Shown piece by piece: positions 35,383-49,260 of a stretch of 64,000 nucleotides of DNA. A program made the translations under genes and the position numbers. Position 1 is the stretch's first letter. Each line of letters opens with the position of its first letter. The notes under the pieces are model-generated. The model saw only the letters and a list, made by a program, of their open reading frames with translations, was not told the origin of the DNA and searched no databases. This DNA is from Takakia lepidozioides (Eukaryota > Plantae > Bryophyta). The stretch spans positions 38,502,001 to 38,566,000 of the forward strand of contig CM060733.1 of NCBI GenBank assembly GCA_030704615.1, written 5' to 3'.

Positions 35383-37918
35383 TTACTCCTTCTTGCTGCG
35401 AGCATCCTTATCTTGGCCACGCCTGCGTACATTAAGACTGCTACGAAGACGAATCACATCTATGATGGGCTCTGGCAGGACCCAAATTACCCACCACATT
35501 ATTGAGTGCACCCAATAAGGTGTGCAGCGTGGTTCATATCCAACCCACCGGAGTGCACATCGAGCATAGGTGTCTGCCGAAGGCACTGTGATTGATGCCT
35601 TTCGGATCTTTGCCAGTTTGGTGGCCACATACAAGGGAGCCTGTCGTACATCAAAAACTCAATAGTCAACAGCTTGTACCAAACAACAGTTTGAATTATG
35701 GACAGTTTTAGCCATCATGACCACACTGAAAGATAGGTGAGTTTCACAATTCTTCAGGCAACTACAAACTCATGACCTCAAAGGCCAAATATGAAAGGCA
35801 GCAGATAAGATACCTGACACTGTACATCGATGCCACTGTGCTTGTACTCCACATACAGTGATCTTGACAGTTGGTCGACAAACCTGATTCAGACCGACCA
35901 ACCCAACATGTCACCATAACTGTTGGAAAGCAACAACCGTCAAATGCTAAGTTATTGTTGTCCACTATCCCTATGTCCACATGATCCAATAAGAGATATG
36001 TGGCCCAAACAACAATAACCAGCCTCTCTCAGAAGAAGTACTGCTACTGACATTTATAGGTGATTGATCTGCCCACAACCAATCAAACCAACCATATGCT
36101 GCACCAGCCAGTAGTCTCACTAGCAAGAAAATAAATGGCCTCGCATAATGCAACGGGTTAAACCAATATCCAACGTGTCCCCTTCATCTACCAAATGCCA
36201 CAGCGATCATGATCAGGTTGCAGAAAAGCACATTTACCAGTGGCTGAGAGCACTTTATCCCTGCATCCAAGGGTGCAATGCAGGATAATCCTACTCGATG
36301 CCCTAAGACCGGAGAATCAAACTGTACATCTGAAGCATCCATGCCTTGTCACCAGTTGAGGCGGTGCGCAAACATTGAAGAAGTGCACATGGCTACTCAA
36401 AGCTAAAAGTCCTAAACCAACAAAAACATTCAAGAAAAGAGATTAGAGTGCCTACGCTTTGGTTGCAGCATAGAGAGTGTAAAGGGGGTCAGAGGGTAAA
36501 ATTGAAGCAGCTCCAGAGCCAACGTTGATGATGGCCCCACGTCTGCGCTTCAACATGGCTGGAAGCAGCAGCTGTATCATGCGTGTGGTGACCTCCACAT
36601 TTACCCTCAACAGATTCCTTGTCAACTCTGCATCAAGCTCATGGAAAAAGCGAGCATGTGGGTAGGACATCCCCACATTGTTGACCAGAATGCCTACTTC
36701 CAGACGACTCGTTTTCTGCTCAATACGTGCCATTCCTGCATTCAGATCCTCGTCTGTAAAATCTACCACGACAAAACGCACCTGCACCACCAATTCAATA
36801 TATAAGAGCAAGAAATCACAATATGCATCCAATCTCATGCTGTCCAATGTCAAAGAATGAGTATCAGATACTGCATTAGCATGAAGAACTCGAACTTGGA
36901 TATATTTCAGGAGTACAACTTTTCACCTGACAGCAAACTTACAAACCTGATTATTTTGAACCAAGAAGTGCTTCATGGTGGCATCCAATCTAATCAGGAT
37001 AGTTTGAGGATCTGATTTTCTGTTCTGGAAGCTGCCTCTGGCCCAATGATTCTAGGGGATCACTACGAAGAATTCCAGAACCACAAACTTGCTGGGTGCT
37101 TACTGGTTATGCTGGGTCACACAGGTGTATTTTAAACTACTGCAACTGTGAGAAATGAGCTCCATTTATGTTTGTTTCCATTAATAGCCAGTGGCCCAGA
37201 CGATCTGGTCACAAAGGCCGGTAATTCTGAGTCAAGTTCACAGAGTACCTATGTTTGAGATGATATGATAGCCCAGCCACAGCTGGGGCATTGCCTCGGA
37301 ATACAGGTAATAACTGGGCTCAAACTAGTGTCCATGTCCTCCTCAAGAGACAATAGGCCCTGTGAATCAAGGAGACACTACCTAAGGCCACACTCCTATT
37401 TCAATGTGCTACAAACTATTTCCACTCAGCAAATGTAGCACATCCAAAATCTGGCTTGCATCTTTTTCCTTTGCCTACACAGATGAGGCAAAAATCAAGT
37501 CTTAAAGTGGAATGCAGACCTGGACACTATACTTGGTCTCCAGCTCCTTAGCAAACTCCTCGAGCTTGGACAGTGTGCGTCCTACAATGACCACATTGAT
37601 CTTCTGCAGTGCCAATTGTACCGTCATAGCCCGGCCAATGCCATCTGTGGCACCTGTCACAACTGCCCATGCCCCATACCTGCACTAGATTTGGTCAGTA
37701 TGAACAGCAAACAGATCCACACAAAAGAAAATCATACCACAAAAAACATTATACCTCGACAGAGACTTGCCGGGTCTCAAAAAAGTGACCCATATCCAGC
37801 GCAGCAGCAAGGACGTAAGGTGCAAGGCGTACAGAAACCCAACTGCAGCCAGCGCCAACAACACAACGTACCCCGCCGCCCCCTCCTCCAAGGCGTGCCT
37901 CACGCCGGCCACCCCCAT
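35383..37918 (-). CDS. KCR1: Very-long-chain 3-oxoacyl-CoA reductase (beta-ketoacyl reductase, SDR family), 5 exons
   Basis: Exons 37918-37755, 37679-37520, 36781-36456, 35883-35814 and 35640-35383 with GT-AG junctions in frame. Motifs WAVVTGATDGIG, ILVNNVGMSYPHARFFHE, YAATK, GIDVQCQAPLYVATK, and a C-terminal KKE. Confidence 0.93.
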
Positions 37919-38149
37919 CTATTCTCACTACCTCAAGAAAGTCTATGCACGGCAACAAGGATGTTCTCTTGAACACCCTCCCTATTCCACCTCCGACACG
38001 AAGTGTTGAACCACATGCAGCTCGCCTCCAGCAAGGCAAGAACTCTTCTTTCAAAGAGACGACACGGCTTTCCTCACCCACCTTCTTTATTAGGAAACAG
38101 TGACTATGCTACCTACATAGTGGCGGAGGATTTTGTTTTTTTATTAAAT

Positions 38150-38784
38150 AAAGGGGAGGAAGCCTTGTAAGTCATATTAATATTCATGGAAAAAATAACA
38201 AAGAGAGAAGGCCATGAAGGCTTACATCACCGCGTGATCGGGTAACACCCAGCACCAGTCCACCTAGGGGGAAGCTCTAGTGAGGGGCAGCTATTCACTG
38301 AATTTAAGAAAGCAGCCGCGAATACTGCTCCCCGGAAGATGAAGGACAAAAAAACACTGAGTCTAACTAATCAGGCTCCGAGGGAGCTGCAGTAAAAGAG
38401 GATAACCTGCAATCCTACAGAGCACTAAGAGCCTACCTGAGAAGCAACTAATCTACACTGAACCTATGTAAACCATAAAATATGAGGGGGAGCCGTGATA
38501 ACATATTGCCATGGCACAAAAAAGCTGCGAGATTGAAGAAACAGGGACTGCATCGAGAGGAATTGCAAGAGCCTATGATGGAATAAGACCAGCTTAAAAG
38601 AGCATAATAACTCAAAAGTCAAGAGGATGGAAGAGCCTCTAACAAAAACCCAAGGGGAAGATGAATGGAGGAGCCCGAGGGAGGATTCAACGCTTTCTTC
38701 AGAGGGGCTCGAAATTGAGATGAGCCTTAACCTTGGAGGCTCTGTTCTTCCTGTGACGCCAATTTATTTCCTCTTCACCACCAG
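38150..38784 (-). mobile_element. Probable LINE 3' end related to 14700-15600, interrupted by the Copia element
   Basis: Minus-strand peptide EINWRHRKNRASKVKAHLNF resembles DINWRHQKLSSSKSKAHLDF at ~14780-14835. Confidence 0.4.
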
Positions 38785-39187
38785 CCGGATTTTGGTTATG
38801 GAGAACTCATCAAGATTACACTGAAGTCATCCTTCTTGACACTGTAGTTACTAGTAACTATAGTGCTAGTTACTTAAGCATTGAGAGCAATGGGCTATGT
38901 TCTCTTTTAGTCCTCATGTGTTTGTACACTGTTGCAGGTGTATGAGGCCAGTACATACCTTGGTCCTAAGGTTTACTGCTGTAGTGACATTGTAATGAAG
39001 CTGAGTGTGTGGGTCACTAGATTAGCATGAGCAGACTGTGTCAGCCAGTGTTTCTTTTCTCATGGTCACTAATATTATTCTAGTCTTTATGATACTCTGC
39101 TTGTAAGGTGCTAGTAGATGTGTATCTTTCTTGAGCTTGCATGTGGAATGTATTGCTAACTACTTCTCACAAACAATAGGTTATGGG

Positions 39188-42100
39188 TGTCAAGGACGAG
39201 AGCATGACTGAACACAAACAAGATATCAGACTAGAGGTACAAGACTAGACAAGAAGTCAAGGTCGGCATGGCCGAATGCATGATGGGTATACATGAATCA
39301 AGATGATCTTTATAACAATGGACAAGAGTACAAAATACTGGAACTTGATACTGGGATGGTGGAAACTGGACTAGAGTACTGGAAACTGGACTGGAGTACT
39401 GGGACTGGAAACAAAAGTAGCTTGAACTTGTGTTGGCGAGATTGAAGAGTGTCTAGTCTCGCCTCCTACATATACTGGCTACTAGGAGGTTCCATAAGAG
39501 GCTTCCCCAAAAAAAGTTTCTTGATGAAGAAGTTTCCTAAAACAAAAGAGGTATCTTGATGGAGAAGTTTCCTTAAACAAAAGAGGTATCTTGATGAAGA
39601 AGTTTCCTCCAAAGGAAGCTTCCTGAGCGGTTTCCCAAGTTCCTCTCGGTAATTTGGTAAACTCCCCGTAACTTGGTAACTTATGATAACTTATAATAGA
39701 TCATGGTAACTTTTGGTAATATGATAACTTGATAACTTCTGGTATTTACTCCTGGTAAGTTCCTCTGGGCTATATCCGTGACATCACCCCCTCCTCTAGC
39801 GCCGAGTTCATCGAGGAGCAGTAAAATCTTGGACTTGCTTAGAGTTGGAGAACCTCCCTCCTTAGTGTGTATCATGTACACTGAATGTGGAGTCTTCACC
39901 TTGAAGCTAACTTGGCTGACATCATCGTTATGACGTCTTATTGACGTGTAGCTCGGGGCTTAGCTGGATATCGTTTATGAAACTTTTGGACTTTGTCAGA
40001 TGCATTGGCAAGGTTGGATGAAGGTTCCCACATTCGTTCGTTAATATCGTAGCCTTTCCAATGTACGAAATACTTAAAACGTTTATACTTAATGCGAGAG
40101 TCTAGGATTTCGTCAACTTCATACTCGATTTCCTGATTGACTTCGATTGGTGGAGGTGGTACGGAGACTCTCCCTGGAATATTCGATGGATGATACAACT
40201 CCAATAATGAAACATGAAAGACTGGATGGATGCGCATACTTCGTGGGAGTTCAAGCCGAAAACTGACCGGATTTATTTGTCGAATAATTTTGAATGGTCT
40301 CAGGCGTTGATAGTCCAACTTCCTTGATGGTCGTGAGGTTTGTATGTCCCGTCGAAGAAGCCACACACGATCTCCGACCTTGAACTGGGGTTGGAGTTGG
40401 CGATGTTGATTTGCATACTCCTTGTATTATTTTTGAGCTTCTGCGAGGTGGAATGTAAGCTCCTTGTGAATCGTAGTAAGATGAGTAACAAAGTTTTTTG
40501 CAGCAGGGCTTCCAACAGTCTTCATGTGGAAAGGGTTTGCTCGAGGATGATGACCATAATTGGAGAAAAATGGAGTTTGCTTAGTCGAAGAATGTATAGT
40601 GTTGTTGTAGGCAAACTCAGTCAATGACAGAAGGTTCGTCCAATTATCTTGGTGATAATTTATCGTACAGCGAAGATACTGTTCCAAAATCTGGTTTACG
40701 CGTTCGGTTTGACCATCAGTCTGTGGATGATTAGCTGTAGAGAGATTGATCTTAGTATCCAATATGTGAAATAATCCCCTCCAGAAATTTGATATGAATT
40801 GTGGGTTGTCTCGAGGTCGATTTAGTTGACTTCGTAGTGTCGTAGCAAATTGGTCGCTCTTCAGTGCTTCCTGAATCTCCTTTATAATCTTTGCATCGTC
40901 ATAGGTGGACATTGATAGCATATTCAATTGGAGATTTGCTGGTTTCAAGATGATGGATTTCTGTTAGTCGAAAACTGTCTCCCCTTTTTTCGGCGCAAGA
41001 TACGATCGTCGAGAAAGAGCATCGGGTTTCCCTTGAAGATGTCTGGGGCGATAGGTAATAACAAAATCAAACCTTGCTAGTGACATACCTCATCTTGCTT
41101 GACGTCGATTCAAAACACGAGCACTCATAAAATATTCGAGGTTTTTGTAATCGGTGTAGACAGTGACATGATGTTTAGCTCTCTCCAATAGATGATGCCA
41201 CTCCTTAAAAGCATCAATGATCGCTAGAAGTTCTTTGTCATGGATTTCATAATTGATCTCTACAGCGGAAAATTTGCGAGAACGAAAACCAATAGGGTGA
41301 CGTCGGTCATCCGTATCGTATTGAGAGAGTATAGCGCCAAGTGCAAAGTCCGATGCATCTGCTTCCAAAAATAATGGTTTAGATGGGTCTGCATGTACCA
41401 GTATTGGAGCCGTTGTAAATGTCTGTTTCAGCCTTTCAAATGTCTGGTCAGCATTCTCGTCTCATACAAATTTGTCCTTCCCTGTGAGTCGTGTCAACGG
41501 TGCAGCAATTTTGGAGTAGCCCTTGATGAAGATTCTATAGAAATTTGCAAATCCCAGCAAAACATTGTACATCTCGGACCGAAATTGGTTTAATCCACTC
41601 GATGATGGTTTGTATTTTCTTCTGATCCATAAAGACGCATTTGTCGGAAATAATATAGCCCAGAAATTCGACCTCAGATTGATGGAAAAGACATTTTTCC
41701 AACTTGGCATATAGTCATTTTTCTCTTAATTTATTAAGGACAAGGCGTACATGGCGGCCATATTCTTCTTCATTCTGTGAAAATATCAAAATGTCGTCCA
41801 AATAGATGACTACAAAGTCATCTAAAAATTCTCGAAAGATGTCATTCATCATAGGTTGAAAAATTGCTGGAGTATTTGTAAGACCAAAAGGCATAACATT
41901 TCAAAATGTCCATACCTTGTTCGAAAATTTGTTTTCCATTCGTCTCATTCTTTTATCCGTACAAGGTTATAAGCTCCTCTCAAATCAATTTTGGTGAAAA
42001 TCTTCGTTCGTCCCAGTTGGTCGAGAAGCCCAGAAATCAGCGGCAACTGATAACGATTCTTAATTGTGACTTTGTTGAGACCGCGATAGTCCACACACAT

Positions 42101-44561
42101 GCGTAATGATCCATTCTTCTTTTTCACAAACAAAATAGGCGCCCCGGCAGGTGATTTTGAATGTCGGATGAAATTCTTCGACAAATTTTCATCAATGTAC
42201 TCACGTAATGCGGCCAACTTCGTCTGGGATAAGTTATAGATTGGGCCGAATGGTAGTTGGGCTCCTTCTTGTAACTCAATTACACAGTCATAAGGTCGAT
42301 GTTTTGGCAATATGTCTGCATTTTTCTTCTCGAAGACATCCTTGAAATCTTGATATTGAGTGGGTAATGTCGGAGTACCTTTGTCTGTTGTGGTCTTGAT
42401 CGGAGTCGCATAAAGTGCAAATGCCGCATCTTTTTTGGTAGCTCTCATGAAAGCTCTAGCTCCAAGGAATAGGGGTTGAATACCTTTGATATTTCTACAT
42501 TTTTATCTTGTAGAAATTTTTCGTGATCACCAGTCGATGTCAGGATTGTGAAGTACGAACCAGGGAAGTCCAAGGATCACAGGATTCGTTAGAGACTGGA
42601 TGATGTTGAAAACAATATATGATGTTTGATCTTCAAGCTTCACTTCAAGTGGTCGAGTTTCATGGTCAACATTTCTCGATGCTAATGGTCGTCCATCGAT
42701 GACTTCAACGAGGGCCGAGAGTTTCTTCTTTACGAGCGTCGAATTGTATTGCTTCGCAAAGTTTTTGTCAATAAAACATGCTGAAGCCCCTGAGTCCAAA
42801 CGTGCTTCTACAGAGATATCTCGATTTTGCACTCTGATTTTTACCGGAAGTGTAAAGCAAGGTGCAGGGTCTGGAGGTAGAAAGAGACCTTTTTTTTTTT
42901 GTGAGGAATTTGCGGTGTCCAGCCGCATGGTCCCTACTGTGACTAGACATTTTTGTTTTCCGACCTCTTCGTATCGAACACTTGAGTTGCGCCCCGAGCT
43001 TTGAATCTTCTCTTGTTGAGGCAGTTTAATGCTATGTGATCTTCTTTTCCGCAATAGAGGCATAATCCATTCGAGCGCCGTCTTTGTTTTTCTTGTGGCG
43101 TCAATGGCTTGAATCGGACAGCATCAATCTGCATAGGATCACTACCGGATATCTGATAGATCGTTGTGTTTGGTGCCGTAGTAGCAGCGGCATGATGTGT
43201 CGTCGACCATCCAGATCGTTTCTCTTGACGTCTTTCAAACAAACGGTTATCGCATGCAATGACGTGGGTGATGCATTCGCTCAGTGTGCTCACGTTTGGC
43301 ATTGTCAGCAACAAATCTTTTACATCATCTTTTAGACCACATCGAAACTGACTAATGAGACTCTTCTCATTCCAGTCGAGGTCGCACGCAAGAAAATTCG
43401 ACAGCATAAACGGAAGCAGGACATGTTCCTTGTCGAAGATTTCGCATCTTTGTCTCTGCAACTCTCTCCCTATCATTTTCTTCAAACGTTGCAGTGAACT
43501 CGGACATGAATGCTTCAAAATTGTATAGTAAATACGAATTTTTTTTTCTAATAACGGTGCAAACCAAGATAGGGCAGTGCCTGATAAAAAAGTGCCCACG
43601 AATCCTACTTGAATACCTTCATCGGGGTAGCGTTGTGGATGTAGTCATAGGAACAGTCGTATTTATTGAACAAAACCGCGAAATCTTGATCTCGTCCTAT
43701 CAAATTTCTCGGGCATGCTGATCTTTGGTTCTCTCGTAATATGTTGAAGAGGAACCGTTGCAGTATGAGCTGTTGCAGTAGAGACTCGTATGGTTGAAGA
43801 TCCATTGTTCGACTCCTTTAACTCTGAAATTTGTTGTTGCAAATTGTGGATAGCATTGCCAAGATCTTGAGACTGATCAGCTTGTAATTGGGCGGTAGAG
43901 ATACAAAGTTCTTGCATCTAGAGCTGAAGACTCTGCAATGTAGCGACCATTTTCGCAAATGTGTCTTTCATCTTAACTAACTAAGGAACAAACTTTAGTC
44001 TCGCCAAATTATCAAGGACGAGAGCATGACTGATCACAAACAAGATATCAGACTAGAGGTACAGGACTAGACAAGAAGTCAAGGTCGGCGTGGCCGAATG
44101 GGTATACATGAATCAAGATGATCTTTATAACAATGGACAAGAGTATAAGATACTGGAACTTGACTTGGATACTGGGATGTTGGAAACTGGACTGGAGTAC
44201 TACAGACTGGAAGCTGGACTGGAGTACTGGGACTAGGAACAAGAGTAGCTTGAACTTGTGTTGGTGAGACTGAAGAGTGTCCGGTCTCGCCTCCTATATA
44301 TACTGGTTACTAGGAGGTTCCCTAAGAGGCTTCCCCAAAGGAGGTTTCTTGATGGAGAAGTTTCCTCAAAAGGAAGCTTCCTGAGCAGTTTCCCAAGTTA
44401 CTCTTGGTAATTTGGTAAACTCCCAGTAACTTGGTAACTAATAGTAACTTATGGTAAATCATGGTAGATCATGATAGATCACGGTAACTTTCGATAACAT
44501 GGTAACTTAGTAACTTATGGTATTTACTCCTAGTAAGTTCCTCTGGGCTATGTCCGTGACA
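39188..44561 (-). mobile_element. Ty3/Gypsy chromovirus (Tcn1-like), LTRs 39188-39783 and 44010-44561; TSD ATGGG
   Basis: TGTCA...TGACA termini. ATGGG at 39183-39187 and 44562-44566. PPT on the minus strand at 39784-39796. Confidence 0.95.
39938..43950 (-). pseudogene. Chromovirus gag-pol with chromodomain; integrase N-terminus deleted (~40810)
   Basis: PMQID...CLYCGKEDH (gag), LDSGAS (protease), [65 protein letters not shown]. Confidence 0.93.
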
Positions 44562-44668
44562 ATGGGCCCACGTTTCGTATCCCTGTGCGTTTAGCTATCT
44601 TTAGACGTCATCTTAAAGCTTAGTCTCAGTTCTTTTGTGTTGTTTCTAGTTGGGAAAAGAGAGATCCG

Positions 44669-47600
44669 ATGGATCAGGGGAAGGAGCTTAGTAACATTGA
44701 GCGTTTCAATGGTGAGGATTTTGCCATGTGGATATACCAAATGAGAGCCATTTTTCGTGGCAAAGAGTTGTGGGGTATAGGGGACGGGACGGTAGTTCGA
44801 GAGCCAATTGGGGATAACGTAGTACCAGCCACTCCTGATGAGATAGCTGCATGGGACAAGAAAGATAGTCAACCGCTTGGAATACTTTGTCAAGCCGTTG
44901 ACAGAAGACTGCTAAAGAACTTGATGAGTTGTGATACTTCCTTTGCCTTTTGGAAGAAGCTCACGTTGATACATGAGAGGAGAGCTACTGAAAACATCCA
45001 TCAGCTATAGGAGAGTTTTTTCAAATGCAAAATCGAGGAGGGGGAGGACATAGCTGATTTTCTTGGACGAATCGAGATGGTAATCAAGTAGCTCAGAGGC
45101 ATGAACAACAACAGCTTCGATGATTCAGCTGTGATTGCCAAGGTCTTGTACAACCTGCCACCCCATCTGAAACACTTCAGATCAGCTTGGGACAGCGTCC
45201 CTGAAGGTCCAACGAAGGATCTTGACCTTTTGACGCTTCGACTTCTGACCGAGGAGAGCAGATCAAAACCGACGTCTGAAGAAGAGGCAGTGAAGGCTTT
45301 CGTGGGAAGACAACTGGATCAACGTCGAGCGGTATAGCCAACCGCCCATATTCGACCTAGGAGCATAGAGAAGCAAGAAAGGCAGAGATTGAAAAGTTGA
45401 AGGAGACTACTGTTTGCTACAACTATGGTGAACCAGGACATTGGGCAAAAGAATGTCATAATGAGAAGAAAGGCAAGAAAGAAAAGCCAGAGACTGGTGG
45501 ATCTTTCAAAGCATGGATGGCCAATCTCAAGCTGGCCGAGGAGGAGCATCGAGATGCATGGATCTCAGACACTGGATGCACCCAACACATGACTGAGCAC
45601 GGTGAGTGGTTCAAGAATTATCGTGACACATCGAAGGATCAAGAGATGGTTCATGGAGTGGGCAACTCCGAGTTTCTAATAGCCGGAGTTGGAGACATTG
45701 ATGTCCTCATCAAGATTGGTAAAACATGGCACATGTCAGAGCTGAAAAATGTCCGACACGTTCTCTGCCTTTGGAGAAGTCTCTTCTCGATTAGAAGAGC
45801 GATCAAAGCAGGTTGCACCACCATGCACACCTTGACTGCATGTTATCTGATTCATGATGGAGCGATTGTCATGCAAGGACTGCAGTTGATGATATGTGGC
45901 ATTTGCACAAAAGCCATCGCAGACACCAAGAAGGAGGTTATTCGATCGTCTGTGGGGTCATTTGTCGGAGAAACAAAAGGTGAAGCAACCAAGAGTCTTG
46001 AGGTATGGCATCGAAGATTTTGTCATATCAACTGTCAGTCGATACAACGCATGGCAGCGGAAGATGTGGTAGATGGCTTGATACTAACAAGTAAGAAAGA
46101 GTCAAAGTTCTGTGAAGGATGTGTCTTCGGGAAGGCCAAGCGAAGTTCTTTCCCGAAGAAGGAGATACGAGCGAGAGCATCCCGGATAGGAGGTATAGTG
46201 CACACCGACCTCTGTGGCCCTTTCAGCACCAAGTCAGTGGGAGGGGCCAGCTATTTCATAATCTTCAAAGACGATCACTCATCCTACAGGGTCCTATACA
46301 GCATTTCGAAGAAGTCAGAGGCATTGACATGCTTCAAGAACTATGTCGCACTGATGAAGAGAGAGGCTGGACACAGTGTTGGGACGCTCAGATCAGACAG
46401 AGGCGGTGAATTCATTGGAAAAGAGTTCCAAGCCTATCTTGCAGACATTGGTGTGAAGCAAGAACTCACAACAGCATATACACCGGAACAGAACGGGGCT
46501 GCAGAAAGAGAGAACAAAACCATCGTTGAACTAGTTTGAAGCATGATATATGACAGTGGAGTGCACCCAAGATTTTGGGGAGAAGCAGCCCAAACAGCGG
46601 TGTATACACTCAACCACACTGAAACACGCACTTTGAAGGAAACAACACCATTTGAAATATGGACCAAGCAAAAGCCATCCGTAAGCCATATGAGAGTTTT
46701 TGGCTGTGATGCATATGTTCACATTCCGAGAGAACTTCGAAAGAAGTTAGATGCCAAAAGTGTGAAGGGAGTCTTTATGGGCTACAGTCCAACCAGTAAG
46801 GCATATCGTGTGTGGCTGAACGATAAGCAAAGGATTCATGAAAGTCGCGATGTTGTATTCAACGAAGACAATATGTCTGGAGTGTCTCCAGATAGAGATG
46901 CCTGGGCAGCCAGCCATCAAAACCAGGTCGAAACCAGACCTCTATGGTGACTGGTTCCACCCTGGAAAGACAAGAGCATGTATTGATGAATACAAGAACA
47001 GCACACAAGAAGAGCCCGAGAGTTTCTATGAAGCTATGAACTCGGAAGATAGAGAAAATTGGCTGGAGGCGATGCATGATGAGTATTGTTCCCTTGTGGA
47101 GAAAGAGACTTGGGTACTCACCTACCCCCTGGAAGAAAGAAGATCACCTGCAAGTGGGTTTATAAATTAAAATACAATGCAGAAGGGGAGGTCGACAGAT
47201 TCAAGGCCACGCTTTGTGCACGAGGCTACTCCCAGAAAGCTGGAGTGGATTACATCGAGACATTCTTGCCAGTAGCGAAGTTTGATTCAATTAGAGCTGT
47301 TCTATCCATTGCAGCCATGAAGGATCTGAATATCACACAGTTTCAAGACATTCAAACAACGTTCTTATATGGAAACATCGAGGAAGAAATCTACATGGAG
47401 CAGCCATTAGATTTTGAGAATGCAGAAAATCCTAAGGCCGTATCCAAACTCATAAAAGCTCTTTACGGGCTAAAGCAGTCAAGCCGTATGTGGAACAAGC
47501 GGTTCGATGAGTTCTTGAAGACCTACGGTTTTGTAGCCAGCCTTGCTGACCCATGTGTCTATTACCGTGACATTGACCCGATCATCATCCTCACGATTTT

Positions 47601-48556
47601 TGTAGATGACGGTCTCATATGCACAGAAGATTCCAAAGCTGCCGATGACATCCTCGAATATATGACTGGAGCTTTCAAAATCACCAGAGGAGATGCCGAA
47701 GTCTATGTGGGGTTACACATCATTAAGAGACCGCCCCAAGAAGATTCTGAAGGTTGATCAGAGCAAATATATCATGAAGAAGCTGCACAAGTATGGATAT
47801 GACGAGAGTCATGCCATGACTATACCTACAGACCCAAACAGCCGCCTCGACGAGATTAGCCGCAGAGACGAAGAAGTACAGGTAAAGTTCCCATTCAAGG
47901 AGATCATTGGAAGCCTACAGTTCACCTCCATCGGCACTAGACCAGACAGCTCATACGCTATATGCAGTTCTGCCAAATATAGCTCTGACCCGAAGAAAGC
48001 ACATTGCCAAGCCGTCTCCAGAATCATGAGATACTTCAAAGGAGTACCGAATCTTGCCCTGACATATGGCGAGAGTGCTCAAGACAACAATCTGATACGC
48101 TACAGTGATGTAGACTATGCCGGGGACTTAGATGACCGTAAGTCCATGACTGACATCATACTGGTCCTCTATGGAGGACCAATAGCTTGGATGAGCCGCC
48201 AACAAGCCTGCACGGTGACCAGTACAACATAAGCGGAGTATATTGCTGCAAGCACAGCCACCAAAGAAGTGATATGGATGCGCAGTTTGCTCCGATCCAT
48301 TGGTTGTGCAGGGTGGACCTACCCATTGCATTGTGACAACCAGTCTGCCATTTGTTTGGTACACAATCCTGAGTACCACCGCCGAACAAAGCACATTGAC
48401 ATCTCGTACCATCTGATTCAAGAGCACCAGCTGATTGGAACTATCAACATGATTTATGTGAACACAGAAAACCAGCGAGCTGATATCCTCACGAAAGCAC
48501 TCACGACCGAGAAGTTTCAGCGAATGAGAGGCCTGATTGGTCTCACAAGTGTGTGA
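44669..48556 (+). pseudogene. Copia gag-pol (zinc knuckle, protease, integrase, RT, RNase H), disrupted
   Basis: CYNYGEPGHWAKEC, WISDTGCTQHMT, WHRRFCHIN, VHTDLCGP, LRSDRGGEF, TPEQNGAAER, LYGLKQSSR, FVDD, CDNQSAI, RTKHID, ADILTK. Several stops and frameshifts. Confidence 0.95.
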
Positions 48557-49020
48557 TTTCTTCGTTTTTTATTTCACATAAGGATTGACTCAGGGAGTTT
48601 TGGTTGTAGAGAACTCATCAAGATTACACTGGAGTCATCCTTCTTGACTAGTAACTACAGTGCTAGTTACTTAAGCATTGAGAGAAATGGGCTTTGTTCT
48701 CTTTTAGTCCTCATGTGTTTGTACGCTGTTGCAGGCGTGTGAGGCCGGTACATACCTTGGTCCTAAGGTTTACTGCTGTAAACCTTAGATTCTAGTCTTT
48801 ATGATACTCTGCTTGTAAGGTGCTGACACAAGTCTTTGTGTCTAGTAGATGTGTATCTTTCTTGAGCTTGCATGTGGAAAGTGTTGCTAATTACTTCTCA
48901 CAAACAATACCGGAGAAGGCCATGGACTATGGGGCGGGGTCGCCATTCAGCAGGTGGTCGAGTGTGTGGTGTGAAAAGATGGGCCTACACAAAAGCCCTA
49001 GTTACTGACCTCCTTAACAC

Positions 49021-49260
49021 ACCACATTCATACCTGACACCTGCTGCCCCGCAGCGGAAGAGAAAAGTAAACAGATGCGGTTCTTTTATATTACCAAAGT
49101 TGTTGTCGTACCACATTCATACCCGATATAATCTGCTACCCTGCAGCGGGAGAGAAAAGGAAACATGCACGGCAATCTTATATTTCCAAAGTTGTCATCA
49201 TACCACGTTTATGCCCGATACCGGCTACCTTGCAGCGGAAGAGAAAAGGAAACAGGCGCG
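49021..49260. repeat. About 2.7 copies of a ~90-bp tandem repeat
   Basis: ACCAC(A/G)TT(C/T)AT...GCAGCGG(A/G)AGAGAAAAG..AACA recurs at ~49021, 49110 and 49202. Confidence 0.75.

Larger units (their letters stand above)
38790..48909 (+). mobile_element. Ty1/Copia LTR retrotransposon (LTRs 38790-39178 and 48598-48909; TSD CCGGA)
   Basis: Two homologous LTRs. CCGGA at 38785-38789 and 48910-48914. PBS GGTTATGGGCCCACG split by the nested Gypsy. Short purine tract before 48598. Confidence 0.95.
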
